From positions 739,359 through 803,358 of the forward strand of contig JBFWOS010000003.1 of NCBI GenBank assembly GCA_050250375.1: 64,000 nucleotides of DNA, written 5' to 3'. Positions 36,955-50,130 of the stretch are shown in pieces. The notes under the pieces are model-generated. The model saw nothing but the letters and a program-made list of their open reading frames with translations. It made no database searches and had not been told where the DNA came from. Positions within the stretch are counted from its first letter, which is position 1, and the number at the start of each line of letters is the position of its first letter. This DNA comes from Candidatus Omnitrophota bacterium. Its GTDB lineage: Bacteria > Omnitrophota > Gorgyraeia > Zapsychrales > Zapsychraceae. The translations under genes were made by a program, and so were the position numbers.

Positions 36955-37746
36955 TTAGTCAATCAATAACGTTTGTCGTTTTTTTTTGATGGTTTTCATA
37001 TCAAGTGTAGCATAAATTATTTCTTCGCGATCAGCTGTAGCTTCTTTCAATATCTTCCCCCATGGATCAACAATCAAACTGTGTCCGTAATATTCAATTC
37101 CTTTTGCATCCCGCCCGATTTGGTTTGGCGCAAGAACATAACTCAAATTTTCAATGGCCCTAGCTCTAAGCAGAATTTCCCAATGGGCTTTACCTGTAAT
37201 TTTTGTAAAAGCCGATGGTACACATAAAATATGAACACCCTGCTTATAGTAACCTTTATAAAGTCCCGAAAATCTCAGATCAAAACAAATCGATAGTCCG
37301 ATCTTAAATTTTCCGATTCTCGCGACCACTGGATCTTTTCCACTTAAAAATTGCTGAGATTCGCTAACCTTTTTATTACCAATTATAGCCTCAAATAGAT
37401 TCATCTTTCGGTATTTAGCTATAATTTTCCCTTTATTATTAATTAATACTGAGGAATTATAAGCTTTCTTTTCGTTCTTACTTTTCTCAAATATTGATCC
37501 TATTAAGATATTCGTTGAATACTTTTTAGCTAATTCGGAAAAAATCGCTGTCGTATCTCCTGGTATATTTTCAAATACTTCGATTCTGGTATCTTTTTCA
37601 TTCAACTTCCCCCGGTACACAAACACCTCTGGCAATAAAATAAATTCAGCTTTAGCTTTGGCCGCTTTCTCAACAAAAAAAACAGCTTTTTTTATGTTTT
37701 CGCTTTTATGGTTTGTCGCATTTAGCTGAATTACAGCTGTTTTCAT
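36955..37746 (-). CDS. Carbon-nitrogen hydrolase (Nit1-like amidase)
   Basis: LLPE, YRKMNLF and ICFDLRF catalytic triad motifs; HWEILLRARAIEN. Confidence 0.9.
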   Translation of the reverse strand: MKTAVIQLNATNHKSENIKKAVFFVEKAAKAKAEFILLPEVFVYRGKLNEKDTRIEVFENIPGDTTAIFSELAKKYSTNILIGSIFEKSKNEKKAYNSSVLINNKGKIIAKYRKMNLFEAIIGNKKVSESQQFLSGKDPVVARIGKFKIGLSICFDLRFSGLYKGYYKQGVHILCVPSAFTKITGKAHWEILLRARAIENLSYVLAPNQIGRDAKGIEYYGHSLIVDPWGKILKEATADREEIIYATLDMKTIKKKRQTLLID

Positions 37747-37842
37747 TGGATTGAAATAATTTAGTAATCTCTATTGGTCACGCTGTGACCAAATTCAGTG
37801 TATAGTTATTCTAAGTTCTAACAAAAAAAAACGCAACGGCTA

Positions 37843-38811
37843 TTATTGGACTAGAATTGGATGTGGAAAGTTTCCTGTATTAAAAAAGCATTCCAACGAA
37901 TCAATGGTAATTCTTGCCTTTTGAAAAATTGCTTCTTCTGTGTTAAATGCATTGTGCGGCGTACATAAAACATTTTCTCTGTTGGAAAAATCAATTACCT
38001 TTTTCGCATATCCACGGCCCGATCCCCCGCCCCTTAAATCCTCAGCCAAAACATTCTCATCCTGATAGACGTCCAAACTAACCCCCGCCAAAATATTTTC
38101 ATTCAAAAGTTTAACCAAATCCTCAAAAGGCGAGATCTCTCCACGTGATATATTAATAAAAATCACCCCTTTTTTAACATCTTTTAACACCTCATAATTA
38201 AAATATCCCCGTGTTTCATCGGTTAACGGTAACGCACAAAAAATTATTTCTGCCCATTGCATTCCTTCAATCAAACTTACATAATTGATATCACCACGTT
38301 TTGGAAAAATATCAATTCCTCTCACCTCCATGTTCAAGGCCTTTGTCAGATCGATAATTTGTGAACCAATTTCTCCAACCCCCGCAACAAGAACTTTTCG
38401 TCCAAAGAATTCTATCCCTGTTAATCCATCCCTATTAAATGTGGCAAAATGTTTTATTTGCCTCTTTAATTTCTTTGCTAAAACGAACATACTTAAAATC
38501 GCATGTTCAGCCACAGCTCGACTACAATAGGCTCCTAAAAAACCAAGTTTAGGTGGTTTTGATATCATTTTAAACATTCTTATCAAATGGTCATATCCTT
38601 GACTTCGAGTGAGCACGGCTTCTATACGGCCATAACACTCCTTAGGTATTATGGATTGTGTTCTTATGCACAATACTCGACCCGATGGGATATTTTCCAG
38701 GCTTTCTTGAATAGTTTCCGGAAAATACAGAGCATTTAAAGACTCCGGCAGACGTTCTTTCAGGGCTTTCTGTTCTTCATGAAACGCTTCGTAAAATACA
38801 ATGTCATACAT
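37843..38811 (-). CDS. D-isomer-specific 2-hydroxyacid dehydrogenase
   Basis: AVAEHA, GVGEIG, INISRG, LDVY and TPHNAF motifs. Confidence 0.88.
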   Translation of the reverse strand: MYDIVFYEAFHEEQKALKERLPESLNALYFPETIQESLENIPSGRVLCIRTQSIIPKECYGRIEAVLTRSQGYDHLIRMFKMISKPPKLGFLGAYCSRAVAEHAILSMFVLAKKLKRQIKHFATFNRDGLTGIEFFGRKVLVAGVGEIGSQIIDLTKALNMEVRGIDIFPKRGDINYVSLIEGMQWAEIIFCALPLTDETRGYFNYEVLKDVKKGVIFINISRGEISPFEDLVKLLNENILAGVSLDVYQDENVLAEDLRGGGSGRGYAKKVIDFSNRENVLCTPHNAFNTEEAIFQKARITIDSLECFFNTGNFPHPILVQ

Positions 38812-38853
38812 TTTATTGAGTTTTCTTATAATTAGATTTGAATCCCAATTCGA

Positions 38854-39369
38854 TTATTTAATTGGGCGTATCCAAATTTTAAAATGTTCAGCCGGAAAAA
38901 TATATGTCCAAAATCGTTCGTAGGTCACTGGACAAAAATTAAAAATTTTATTAAGAAAAAATCTTCGATGGGCTCGATGAAAAGTCAACTCTCTTTTAAT
39001 CAGTTCAAACTTTTTTCCTTTTAACCAGGTATGTTCATTCTGAATATAATCGTCGAATCCGAAATAATTAAACCGCAGCTTATGGTGAGGGGTATTAGCG
39101 CACCATGAAGAGTGGTGTGGAACTTCTATATATATTGTTCCTTGTTTTTTACAAATCCTATGCAATTCGGACATAACCGGAGGAAGATCCGTTAAATGCT
39201 CTAAAACATGATGGCAGGTGATATCTTGAAATTGATTGTCGTCAAAGGGATAAGGAAGGATATTCAAATCATGGATTACATCCGGATTGTGCTCCGGATC
39301 AATGTCCACAGTAATGGCGGTCTCATCATTTTTACCAGCGCTTCCAAGAATAAGTTTGTGTTTTTTCAT
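38854..39369 (-). CDS. Class I SAM-dependent methyltransferase (type 11-like)
   Basis: LILGSAG, VDID, PYPFDDNQF, HHVLEHL, ELHRICK. Confidence 0.8.
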   Translation of the reverse strand: MKKHKLILGSAGKNDETAITVDIDPEHNPDVIHDLNILPYPFDDNQFQDITCHHVLEHLTDLPPVMSELHRICKKQGTIYIEVPHHSSWCANTPHHKLRFNYFGFDDYIQNEHTWLKGKKFELIKRELTFHRAHRRFFLNKIFNFCPVTYERFWTYIFPAEHFKIWIRPIK

Positions 39370-39473
39370 TTGTACAGGTCATTCCATAACAAATATGAAT
39401 TGAGTACTTTGAATATTTAAGATTTTTAGGCGCCTTGTGTCTCCAAATATTTTATCCGTGTCAGCCTAAACAT

Positions 39474-39500
39474 AAAAAGACCACCTAAAAGGTGGTCTTT
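39474..39500 (-). terminator. Terminator after tRNA-Glu
   Basis: aaagaccacc-taaaa-ggtggtcttt perfect stem with a T-tract. Confidence 0.8.
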
Positions 39501-39506
39501 CAAAAA

Positions 39507-39583
39507 TGGTGACCCCAGCGGGATTTGAACCCGCGCTGCAAGCTTGAAAAGCTTGTGTCCTAACCAGGCTAGACGATGGGGTC
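39507..39583 (-). tRNA. tRNA-Glu(TTC)
   Basis: Cloverleaf GACCCCA...TGGGGTC-ACCA; anticodon arm caagc-ttTTCaa-gcttg; T-loop GGTTCAAATCC. Confidence 0.95.
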
Positions 39584-39653
39584 ATGATTTTAAATAATGA
39601 TCACCTATTATATTAAAGATTTTTTTAGGGTCAAGAAAAATATTATGTCAACC

Positions 39654-42104
39654 TTATTCATCTTTGGTGACAACGTTCGCGATAGAAGTGACAAGATCAC
39701 TTTCTTTAAGAGAAATCAGCCTTACCCCAACAGCACTTCTTCCTGTTTGCCTGATTTCTGCAGGGGAACAGCGAACAATCATTCCTTCCTTTGTAACCAC
39801 CATCATTTCATTGCCCTCCATAACAGCGAGAACCCCGACTACAAGACCGTTTCTGTCCGTAACTTTAACATTAATAATCCCCTTCCCTCCTCGGGTTTGG
39901 GTACGGTAATCATTGAAGTCAGACCTTTTGGCATACCCTTTTTGTGTTACGGTTAACAAGGTGCTCCCAGTTTTAGCTATATCCGGAGGAAACACAATCA
40001 TGCTGACCACCTCGTCATTTTTTGCCAAGTTAATGCCTCTGACCCCCTTAGCGGTTCTCCCCATGTCTCTAATATTTTTTTCAGGAAACCGTAAAGCTTT
40101 TCCTTCCCGTGTAGCCAAAAGAATTTCACTTTTCCCGCCGCTCAACGCCGTTCCTATCAACATATCATTTTTTTCTAATGTTATACCAACGATACCGCCT
40201 TTACGTGGATTGCTGAAAAACGATAAGTTTGTCTTTTTAACATTTCCTTTGGCCGTAGCCATAACCAATGAAAAATCTTCAGAAAATGCCTTTACCGAAA
40301 CAATAGAACTTATCTGTTCATCTTTTTGCATGGATAAAAGATTAACGATATTCTTTCCTTTGGCCGTTCGAGCAGCTATCGGTATCTCATAAACCTTAAG
40401 CCACCTTACAATCCCCAAGGTAGAAAAAATCAATAAATAATCTTTAGATGAGGCGACAAAAAGTTGTTTAACAAAGTCTTCCTCTTTCATGGACATGGCC
40501 GATACGCCTTTGCCACCCCTGCGTTGTTTACGGTAAGAGGAAACGGCCAGACGTTTAATATACCCCGTGTTACTTATGGTAATCGCCATATCTTCTTCGG
40601 CAATTAAATCTTCGACTTCAATTTCTTCAGCCTTTGCTGCAATTTCCGTTCGACGTTCATTGGAATACTTACTTTTAACCTCTAATAGTTCGTCTTTGAT
40701 AATTCCATCTATCTTTTTTTCAGACGCCAGAATTGCCCGGTAATTTTCAATATCCTTTAGTAATTCCTTATATTCCTTTTCAATTTTATCTCTCTCCAAG
40801 GCGGTCAAGCGTTGAAGTTGCATTTCCAAAATGGCCTGCGCTTGCATTTCGGACAAACCGAATTTATCCATTAAATTTATCTTGGCCGCTTGAGTACTTT
40901 TCGATTCACGGATGGTCTTTATTATCTCGTTTATTCTGTCAATGGCGATCTTCAAACCTTCAAGGATATGGGCGCGCTTTAAAGCTCGGTCTAAATCAAA
41001 TTGTGTCCTTCGTCGAACGACGACACGTCGATGGTCAATATAGTGTCCTAATATTTCTTTTAAATTCAATACTTTAGGACGATTATTGACTAGGGCAAGA
41101 TTGATGACGCCAAAAGTGGTTTCCAATTGCGTATGTTTATACAAGCTGTTAAGAATTATTTGTGGCTCAACATCGCGCCTCATTTCTATTACAATGCGTA
41201 TACCGTCTTTATCGGACTCATCGCGGATATCCGTTATGCCCTCTATTTTTTTATTTTGGACAAGATTCGCGACCGTCTGAATCAGATTTGATTTATTAAC
41301 CTGATAAGGAATTTCAGTAACAACAATACTGTCTTTTTTACCTTGTTGTTTTTCAATAATAGCTTTTGCACGAACAATGAGTTTGCCCCTGCCTGTTTCA
41401 TAAGCTTCTTTTATGCCTTCTCGACCGCAAATAATTCCCCCTGTTGGAAAATCAGGCCCCTTGACGATTCGTCCAAGTTCTTTTATTGATATGTCAGGAT
41501 TTTCAATCAATTGAACCGTGGCGTCTGCTACTTCTCCAAGATTATGTGGAGGCATATTTGTCGCCATACCAACAGCAATACCACTTGAACCATTGACTAA
41601 TAAATTGGGAATGATCGCCGGTAAAATTTCTGGTTCTTTGTGCTCTCCATCAAAATTAGGCAACAGATTTACCGTGTTTTTTTCAATATCCGTCAGCATC
41701 GCTGTAGATATTGGGGCCAATCTTGCTTCCGTGTAACGATAGGCCGCGGCAGCATCTCCATCAATGGATCCAAAATTTCCTTGCCCCTCAATTAAAGGAT
41801 ACCGCAGTGAGAAGTCTTGGACCATACGGACTAGGGTGTCATAGACAGCAGAATCTCCATGAGGATGATATTTTTTAAGAACCTCTCCAACAACGCCTGC
41901 GCATTTTGAAAATCTTTTATTGGGCAACAATCCTTCATCGTACATCGCATATAATATTCTTCGGTGGACTGGTTTAAGACCGTCCCGAACATCCGGTAAA
42001 GCGCGGCCGACGATAACGCTCATCGAATACGCCAAATAGGACTTCTTCATTTCCTCTTCTATGTAAACTGGGATTATCTTTTCTTGCATGGATGGATCTT
42101 GCAT
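39654..42104 (-). CDS. gyrA: DNA gyrase subunit A
   Basis: RALPDVRDGLKPV, YHPHGDSAVY, AAYRYTEARL, GyrA-box QRRGGKG. Confidence 0.98.
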   Translation of the reverse strand: MQDPSMQEKIIPVYIEEEMKKSYLAYSMSVIVGRALPDVRDGLKPVHRRILYAMYDEGLLPNKRFSKCAGVVGEVLKKYHPHGDSAVYDTLVRMVQDFSLRYPLIEGQGNFGSIDGDAAAAYRYTEARLAPISTAMLTDIEKNTVNLLPNFDGEHKEPEILPAIIPNLLVNGSSGIAVGMATNMPPHNLGEVADATVQLIENPDISIKELGRIVKGPDFPTGGIICGREGIKEAYETGRGKLIVRAKAIIEKQQGKKDSIVVTEIPYQVNKSNLIQTVANLVQNKKIEGITDIRDESDKDGIRIVIEMRRDVEPQIILNSLYKHTQLETTFGVINLALVNNRPKVLNLKEILGHYIDHRRVVVRRRTQFDLDRALKRAHILEGLKIAIDRINEIIKTIRESKSTQAAKINLMDKFGLSEMQAQAILEMQLQRLTALERDKIEKEYKELLKDIENYRAILASEKKIDGIIKDELLEVKSKYSNERRTEIAAKAEEIEVEDLIAEEDMAITISNTGYIKRLAVSSYRKQRRGGKGVSAMSMKEEDFVKQLFVASSKDYLLIFSTLGIVRWLKVYEIPIAARTAKGKNIVNLLSMQKDEQISSIVSVKAFSEDFSLVMATAKGNVKKTNLSFFSNPRKGGIVGITLEKNDMLIGTALSGGKSEILLATREGKALRFPEKNIRDMGRTAKGVRGINLAKNDEVVSMIVFPPDIAKTGSTLLTVTQKGYAKRSDFNDYRTQTRGGKGIINVKVTDRNGLVVGVLAVMEGNEMMVVTKEGMIVRCSPAEIRQTGRSAVGVRLISLKESDLVTSIANVVTKDE

Positions 42105-42130
42105 TATATAGGCCTTTCTTATGGTTCTAT

Positions 42131-44901
<2,771 letters not shown>

Positions 44902-44941
44902 AGCGGAATTTTAATATCTATAAAAATTTTTATTTATTTGA

Positions 44942-46030
44942 TTAAATACGCATAGGAAGGGCTAAATATAGATAGTCATCCATTCGCATAACAGCGGGTT
45001 TATCCACCCCTAATAATTCCATATAAATTTTTTCTTCGTTAATATTTTTTAAAAAATCAATTAAAAATTGAGGATTAAACCCGACAACCATTTCAGAGCC
45101 TTTATATTCTACCGTTATCTCCTCTCTAGACTCCCCAATATCTGGTGTACTTTTAGAGACAACCATTTTATCTGAAAAAATTTCAAATTTAACTGCTTGA
45201 AAATCAGGGGTTGATAATAAATTAGCCCTTCTTATAGAAGCTAATAATTCTTGAGTTTTCATAACTATTCTATTTTCAATCGGTTTCGGAATAACTTGGT
45301 TATAGTTTGGAAATTCTCCTTCAATAATTCTAGTCGCAATTAAAGTTCCATCAATATTGAATAATACTTGATTTGCTCCGACAACTAACGACAAATCTCC
45401 ATCATCAGTTAAATTTCTATTAATTTCTTGAATTGCTTTGATTGGAATAATAACATTAACATCTTTTTTTAGGGTTGAATTTATTTTACGTTCAATTTTT
45501 GCTAATCGTCTACCATCTGTAGCGACTATTCTCATAAGATTACCGTTAATCTCTAATAAAACACCATTTAATACATATCTGGATTCTTCATGAGAAACAG
45601 CAAAAGATGTTAATTTTAACATTTCTTTAAATATAAATTGTCCAATTTGAACGTTTTCTTTATTATTAAATTCTGGAAATTTAGGAAACTCATCTTTCGG
45701 TAATCCGATTAATTTAAATCGATAATTTGTACCTTCAATATCAATTTGATTATTCTTTTTTGTGTTTATTAAAATATCCCCACTAGGTAATTCTTTTATT
45801 ATGTCACTAAATCTTTTTGCAGGAACAGTTATTGCGCCTTCTTCATGTGTTTCCACAGGGATTTCACAAGATATTCCGATATCTAAATCTGTAGCATTAA
45901 ATTGTAAAATGTTATTTTTTGTTTCTAATAATATATTAGATAGTATAGGTAATGTAATTTTATTAGAAACAACATTTTGAACTGTTTGAATTCCATGGAG
46001 TAGGTTTTCTTTTGTTACTTTAAATTTCAT
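44942..46030 (-). CDS. dnaN: DNA polymerase III beta clamp
   Basis: LPILSNILL, ATDLD, SRYVLNGV, VATDGRRLA, GEFPNY. Confidence 0.97.
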   Translation of the reverse strand: MKFKVTKENLLHGIQTVQNVVSNKITLPILSNILLETKNNILQFNATDLDIGISCEIPVETHEEGAITVPAKRFSDIIKELPSGDILINTKKNNQIDIEGTNYRFKLIGLPKDEFPKFPEFNNKENVQIGQFIFKEMLKLTSFAVSHEESRYVLNGVLLEINGNLMRIVATDGRRLAKIERKINSTLKKDVNVIIPIKAIQEINRNLTDDGDLSLVVGANQVLFNIDGTLIATRIIEGEFPNYNQVIPKPIENRIVMKTQELLASIRRANLLSTPDFQAVKFEIFSDKMVVSKSTPDIGESREEITVEYKGSEMVVGFNPQFLIDFLKNINEEKIYMELLGVDKPAVMRMDDYLYLALPMRI

Positions 46031-46039
46031 TTATTAACA

Positions 46040-46202
46040 CCTCGTTTATCTAAAATTTTAGTTAAAACTAGTTGTAATATTAGTAGTGGCTGTGAATTTT
46101 TATAATATACTTCTAAGTTATTCGTTATTAATATTTTGTAGAGTTTTTATCTGTTAATAACCTCTTTAAAAAAAGTTATTATTGTCTTAATTGTGTTGAT
46201 AA
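46040..46202 (-). other. oriC unwinding region (DnaA box, GC spacer, DnaA-trios, AT-rich tract)
   Basis: dnaA strand reads AAATTCACA-GCC-ACTACTAATATTACAACTAGT then AT-rich (46099 to 46067); further box-like TTATCAACA at 46194-46202; gene orientation switches nearby. Confidence 0.7.
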
Positions 46203-47516
46203 TTTTAGGATTGCAATTTTCAAGTCTTCATTGTTTATGGCTTCTTTTTCAATTTTTTTGCAAGAGTGTAAAACAGTTGTGTGGTCTTTTCCACCAAAAG
46301 CGTTACCGATTTCAGGTAATGACATATTTGCTAATGTACGAGCTAGATACATCGCAACTTGTCTGGCTAGGACAATATTCTTATTTCTCTTTTTAGCGCG
46401 CATATCTGTCAAATTGATACCGAAGAATTGAGATACGGTCTTTTGAATCAACTCAACGCTAATGATCTTCATGCTTTCACGGACCATATCTTTAAGTATA
46501 ATTTTAGACATTTCAAGCGATATGGGTTTTTCTTCTAATAAAGCATATGCGGCTACACGGATGAGCGCTCCTTCCAGTTCGCGAATATTTGTTTTAATCT
46601 GTTCCGCTATAAAAAAAATGACATCATCCGGGACTTTGACTGTTTCCGATTCCATTTTTTTTCTTAGGATTGCAACTCTAGTTTCAAAATCAGGGGGTTG
46701 AATGTCGGTTATTAATCCCCAAGAGAACCGCGAACTTAATCTTTCTTCAAGGTTGGATATTTCTTTTGGGGGGCGGTCGGAAGTAATGATAATTTGGCGT
46801 CGGTTATCGTGAAGATAATTAAATGTGTGAAAAAATTCCTCTTGGGTAGATTCTTTGCCGGCAATGAATTGAATGTCGTCAATTAATAAAACATCAATGT
46901 CACGATATCGTTTTCTAAAGTCGTTGGTTGATCGAGTTCTAATTGAGTCGATTAGTTCGTTTGTAAATTTTTCAGAGGACATATAAAAATGTTTTAAATG
47001 AGGATGTAGAAGGGAAATTTTATGGGTTATCGCTTGAATCAAGTGGGTTTTGCCCAAGCCGACATGACCGTAGATAAATAAGGGATTGTAAGCTTTTGCG
47101 GGAGATTCTGCAACAGCCAATCCGGCAGCCGCCGCAAATCGATTGGATGGACCGACGACAAAATTATCAAACGTAAATCGTGTGTTTAATTTCGACAATG
47201 ACGTGCTGGATATCTCAGGGAAGCCTTTTTTAAGTTCGTTCAGCCGATTTTGTGTATCTTTTTTTAAGATATTGGGGTTAACGGTAAATTCGATTTGAAA
47301 ACGTTTTTGAGACGCATTATTCAATGTATCATAAATAAAGTTCTGATAATGTTCAATAATCCAATTTTTAAAGAAGTCGTCAGGGGTTTCTATTATTAAT
47401 GTATTTGGCTCTATTTCTTTCGCCTGAACCGTCGAGAACCAGGTTTCATATGAGGTATTACCGACTTTTGATTTTATTTCGGGTTGGGCATTTTTCCAAA
47501 TATCAGTAAGGCTCAT
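46179..47516 (-). CDS. dnaA: Chromosomal replication initiator DnaA
   Basis: YNPLFIYGHVGLGKTHL, LLIDDIQF, NIRELEGAL, FGGKDHTTVLH. Confidence 0.99.
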   Translation of the reverse strand: MSLTDIWKNAQPEIKSKVGNTSYETWFSTVQAKEIEPNTLIIETPDDFFKNWIIEHYQNFIYDTLNNASQKRFQIEFTVNPNILKKDTQNRLNELKKGFPEISSTSLSKLNTRFTFDNFVVGPSNRFAAAAGLAVAESPAKAYNPLFIYGHVGLGKTHLIQAITHKISLLHPHLKHFYMSSEKFTNELIDSIRTRSTNDFRKRYRDIDVLLIDDIQFIAGKESTQEEFFHTFNYLHDNRRQIIITSDRPPKEISNLEERLSSRFSWGLITDIQPPDFETRVAILRKKMESETVKVPDDVIFFIAEQIKTNIRELEGALIRVAAYALLEEKPISLEMSKIILKDMVRESMKIISVELIQKTVSQFFGINLTDMRAKKRNKNIVLARQVAMYLARTLANMSLPEIGNAFGGKDHTTVLHSCKKIEKEAINNEDLKIAILKLSTQLRQ

Positions 47517-47614
47517 ACTATGGTTGGCTCCAATAGATTATAGGTTGATAACTTGAAACGCGTAATTCATTAAAAACAATGTATTTACAGCTATAAAGTT
47601 AAACAATTAACAAG

Positions 47615-47623
47615 TTTTCCACA
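47615..47623 (+). promoter_or_regulatory. DnaA box upstream of dnaA
   Basis: TTTTCCACA, one mismatch to TTATCCACA. Confidence 0.6.
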
Positions 47624-47934
47624 AGCGTCTGGAATTATGCTTATAGATAAAAAGTGATTCTTATAAGTGGGTAATCCCACAATCTTCATGAAGTGATAAC
47701 CTTCGAGAAGGACTAAAGCAATTGATAAGATTGTTCAGAGTAAAATTTGTTTTATTATAACAAAGAAAAAACGTATTTCAAATCTTATTTTCCGTATTAA
47801 ACTATTTTTTAGAGTTTAATTCCTCTATTAGGAATTTTATCTAAATTTAAATAAATTCGTCGAGACAAACAATAGATTTAAATCTGTAATCCTATGGAAA
47901 ATAGAAACTTTTGTGCGTATTGCATCAAAATGTC

Positions 47935-47962
47935 TTGACTATCATATGACCTATGTTATAAT
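47935..47962 (+). promoter_or_regulatory. sigma70 promoter of rpmH
   Basis: TTGACT-N16-TATAAT with an extended -10 TG. Confidence 0.7.
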
Positions 47963-48041
47963 TGTGCCCATTAAAGATTAGGTTTAGAAAAATATAAAGG
48001 GATGGTTCATATGCCATCCTCTTTTACTATTAGGGACTATA

Positions 48042-48179
48042 ATGAAAAAAACGTTAAAAACACCAACGATTCTTAAAGGTAAAAAAACGCACGGTTTTCG
48101 TAAGAGGATGAGTACGAGAGACGGTCGCGATGTCCTTAGTCGCCGCAGAAAAAAGGGTCGAAAAAGACTAACAAAGTAA
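48042..48179 (+). CDS. rpmH: 50S ribosomal protein L34 (45 aa, not in the ORF track)
   Basis: [45 protein letters not shown]; divergent from dnaA. Confidence 0.95.
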   Translation: MKKTLKTPTILKGKKTHGFRKRMSTRDGRDVLSRRRKKGRKRLTK

Positions 48180-48253
48180 AGCATCTGAACCCCCATCGAA
48201 ACTACAGTCATTAAATTTATTTTCCATACAAGGGTGTGGTATAATTTAAAAAT

Positions 48254-49876
48254 ATGGAAAAAAGACTTGTTTTATCCTTTGTTTTGTCTTTTCTGGTTCT
48301 TTATATTTGGGCAAGCGTAACTCCAAAGGCTCAAAAGGAAAGTGTGCCCTTAGAAAAATCAGAAACCATTGATAATAAAGAGTTTTCAATGGATTCTTCC
48401 TCCAGTTCCAACCTTGAAAACCACTCGACTCCAACTCTTCTTAAGCCTACATCTGATCAGATACAAGAAAAAAATTACACATTAGATTCCGAAAATTTTA
48501 TTCTTATTTTTTCAAGTTTGGGTGCAAAAGTTGAGAATGTGTTTTTGAAAGAATATAACGTTAGTTTACCTTTAAATAATATTGCCACGATTGATTTATA
48601 TAATAATATTTCATTTGATGTGGTCGAACAAAGCGAAAATAGCATTGAATTTTTTTATAGTTCAGATAATATTAATATAAAAAAGATATTTAAAATTACA
48701 AATGGATTTACATTTAATCTAGAAATCCAAGTTAAAAACAAAACATTAGCGCAAGAAAACACGCCAATTGATTTTAAATGTTTCACGTTAAACATGAATA
48801 AATTGGACAATAATGAAAAAATGTCCAAAGGAGGAGATGATTCTTTATATGAGTACGTTTTAAATTTAAATAGTGGAATTAAGAGAAAGAACAAGGCGCA
48901 TAAGTTTAGTATGAAAGATAATGTGAAAAATAGTGAGGCCGTTCAGTGGATTGGATTTAGAGATCGATATTATTGTGCAATTTGTAAGCCGCATTTTAAT
49001 TCGCAAGGATACTCTGTTAAAATGATTGACGAAAAAAATCTTGATATTACTATTACTTCTGAGAATGCTCAATTAAGTTCGGAAGATATGATAAATTACT
49101 CCGCTATGTATTATATTGGGCCTGAGAAAACGGATATTCTTTCAAAATATGATTTTGGGTTTCAAGATATCAAACGATATTATAAATTTGGTTTATTTGA
49201 TAAAATTGCAAAACTAATAGACTGGATAATGAAGTTGTTATTTAAATTTATCCCTAATTGGGGAACATCCATTATATTAATAAGTATAATAATATATTAT
49301 TCGATGTATCCTTTGACCGCCCGTGGCATGGCATCTATGAAGAAGATGCAGTCGTTGCAACCTAAAATTCAAGTGTTAAAGGAAAAATATGAAAAGAATC
49401 CACAAAAGCTAAATCAAGAAATGTTAGATCTTTATCGTAAAGAAAAAATAAATCCTTTGGGGGGCTGCTTTCCAATTCTTTTACAAATGCCGGTTTTTGT
49501 TGGGTTGTATCAAGTTTTATGGCGAAATGTTGACTTTAAAGGTGCAAAATTTTTATGGATTAAGGATTTATCACAGCCGGATCGGCTTTTTTACTTACCA
49601 TTTGATTTGCCTGTTATTGGGAATGAAATAAATTTATTGCCAATACTAATGATTTTTATTATGTTTTTTCAGCAAAAATTTTCTTCAAAAAATATGGTGT
49701 TAACTGATCCTATGCAAATACAGCAGCAAAAAATGATGGCTACAATAATGCCACTATTACTTGGTTTTATTTTTTATAAGTTTGCAAGTGGATTAACGCT
49801 ATATTTCACGATGTTTTATATATTCTCCACGCTAACACAATGGAAGTTATCAAAAGAAACTACGGTTAAAAAATAG
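48254..49876 (+). CDS. yidC: Membrane protein insertase YidC
   Basis: NWGTSII, LQPKIQ, INPLGGCFPILLQMPVF, FLWIKDLSQPD, SGLTLY. Confidence 0.96.
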   Translation: MEKRLVLSFVLSFLVLYIWASVTPKAQKESVPLEKSETIDNKEFSMDSSSSSNLENHSTPTLLKPTSDQIQEKNYTLDSENFILIFSSLGAKVENVFLKEYNVSLPLNNIATIDLYNNISFDVVEQSENSIEFFYSSDNINIKKIFKITNGFTFNLEIQVKNKTLAQENTPIDFKCFTLNMNKLDNNEKMSKGGDDSLYEYVLNLNSGIKRKNKAHKFSMKDNVKNSEAVQWIGFRDRYYCAICKPHFNSQGYSVKMIDEKNLDITITSENAQLSSEDMINYSAMYYIGPEKTDILSKYDFGFQDIKRYYKFGLFDKIAKLIDWIMKLLFKFIPNWGTSIILISIIIYYSMYPLTARGMASMKKMQSLQPKIQVLKEKYEKNPQKLNQEMLDLYRKEKINPLGGCFPILLQMPVFVGLYQVLWRNVDFKGAKFLWIKDLSQPDRLFYLPFDLPVIGNEINLLPILMIFIMFFQQKFSSKNMVLTDPMQIQQQKMMATIMPLLLGFIFYKFASGLTLYFTMFYIFSTLTQWKLSKETTVKK

Positions 49877-49878
49877 GA

Positions 49879-50067
49879 ATGATTAGAAAAGATTCTAAAA
49901 GTTATGAGTTTGAAGGCGGGACGGTAGAGGAGGCGATTAATCTAGCTTTAAAAAAATTATGTGTGACCCGAGATGATATTATTGTAAAGGTTGTATCTGA
50001 GGAGAAAAAAGGTTTATTTGGTATGGAGGGGGCAAATCCCGCAAAAATAAAAGTGATTCTAAAATAA
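49879..50067 (+). CDS. Stand-alone Jag N-terminal domain protein
   Basis: GGTVEEAINLALKKL...EEKKGLFG...AKIKV; directly after yidC; no KH or R3H domain follows. Confidence 0.85.
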   Translation: MIRKDSKSYEFEGGTVEEAINLALKKLCVTRDDIIVKVVSEEKKGLFGMEGANPAKIKVILK

Positions 50068-50130
50068 TTGTGATTATTCTTGATTTTTTTATTATTTATA
50101 GGAAAATATTTATTAAATATAAATCACACC

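Noticed and set aside
1-39583. Genomic island or prophage integrated at tRNA-Glu
   Set aside because: No integrase, phage genes or duplicated tRNA 3' end was seen, and housekeeping mdh lies inside the region.
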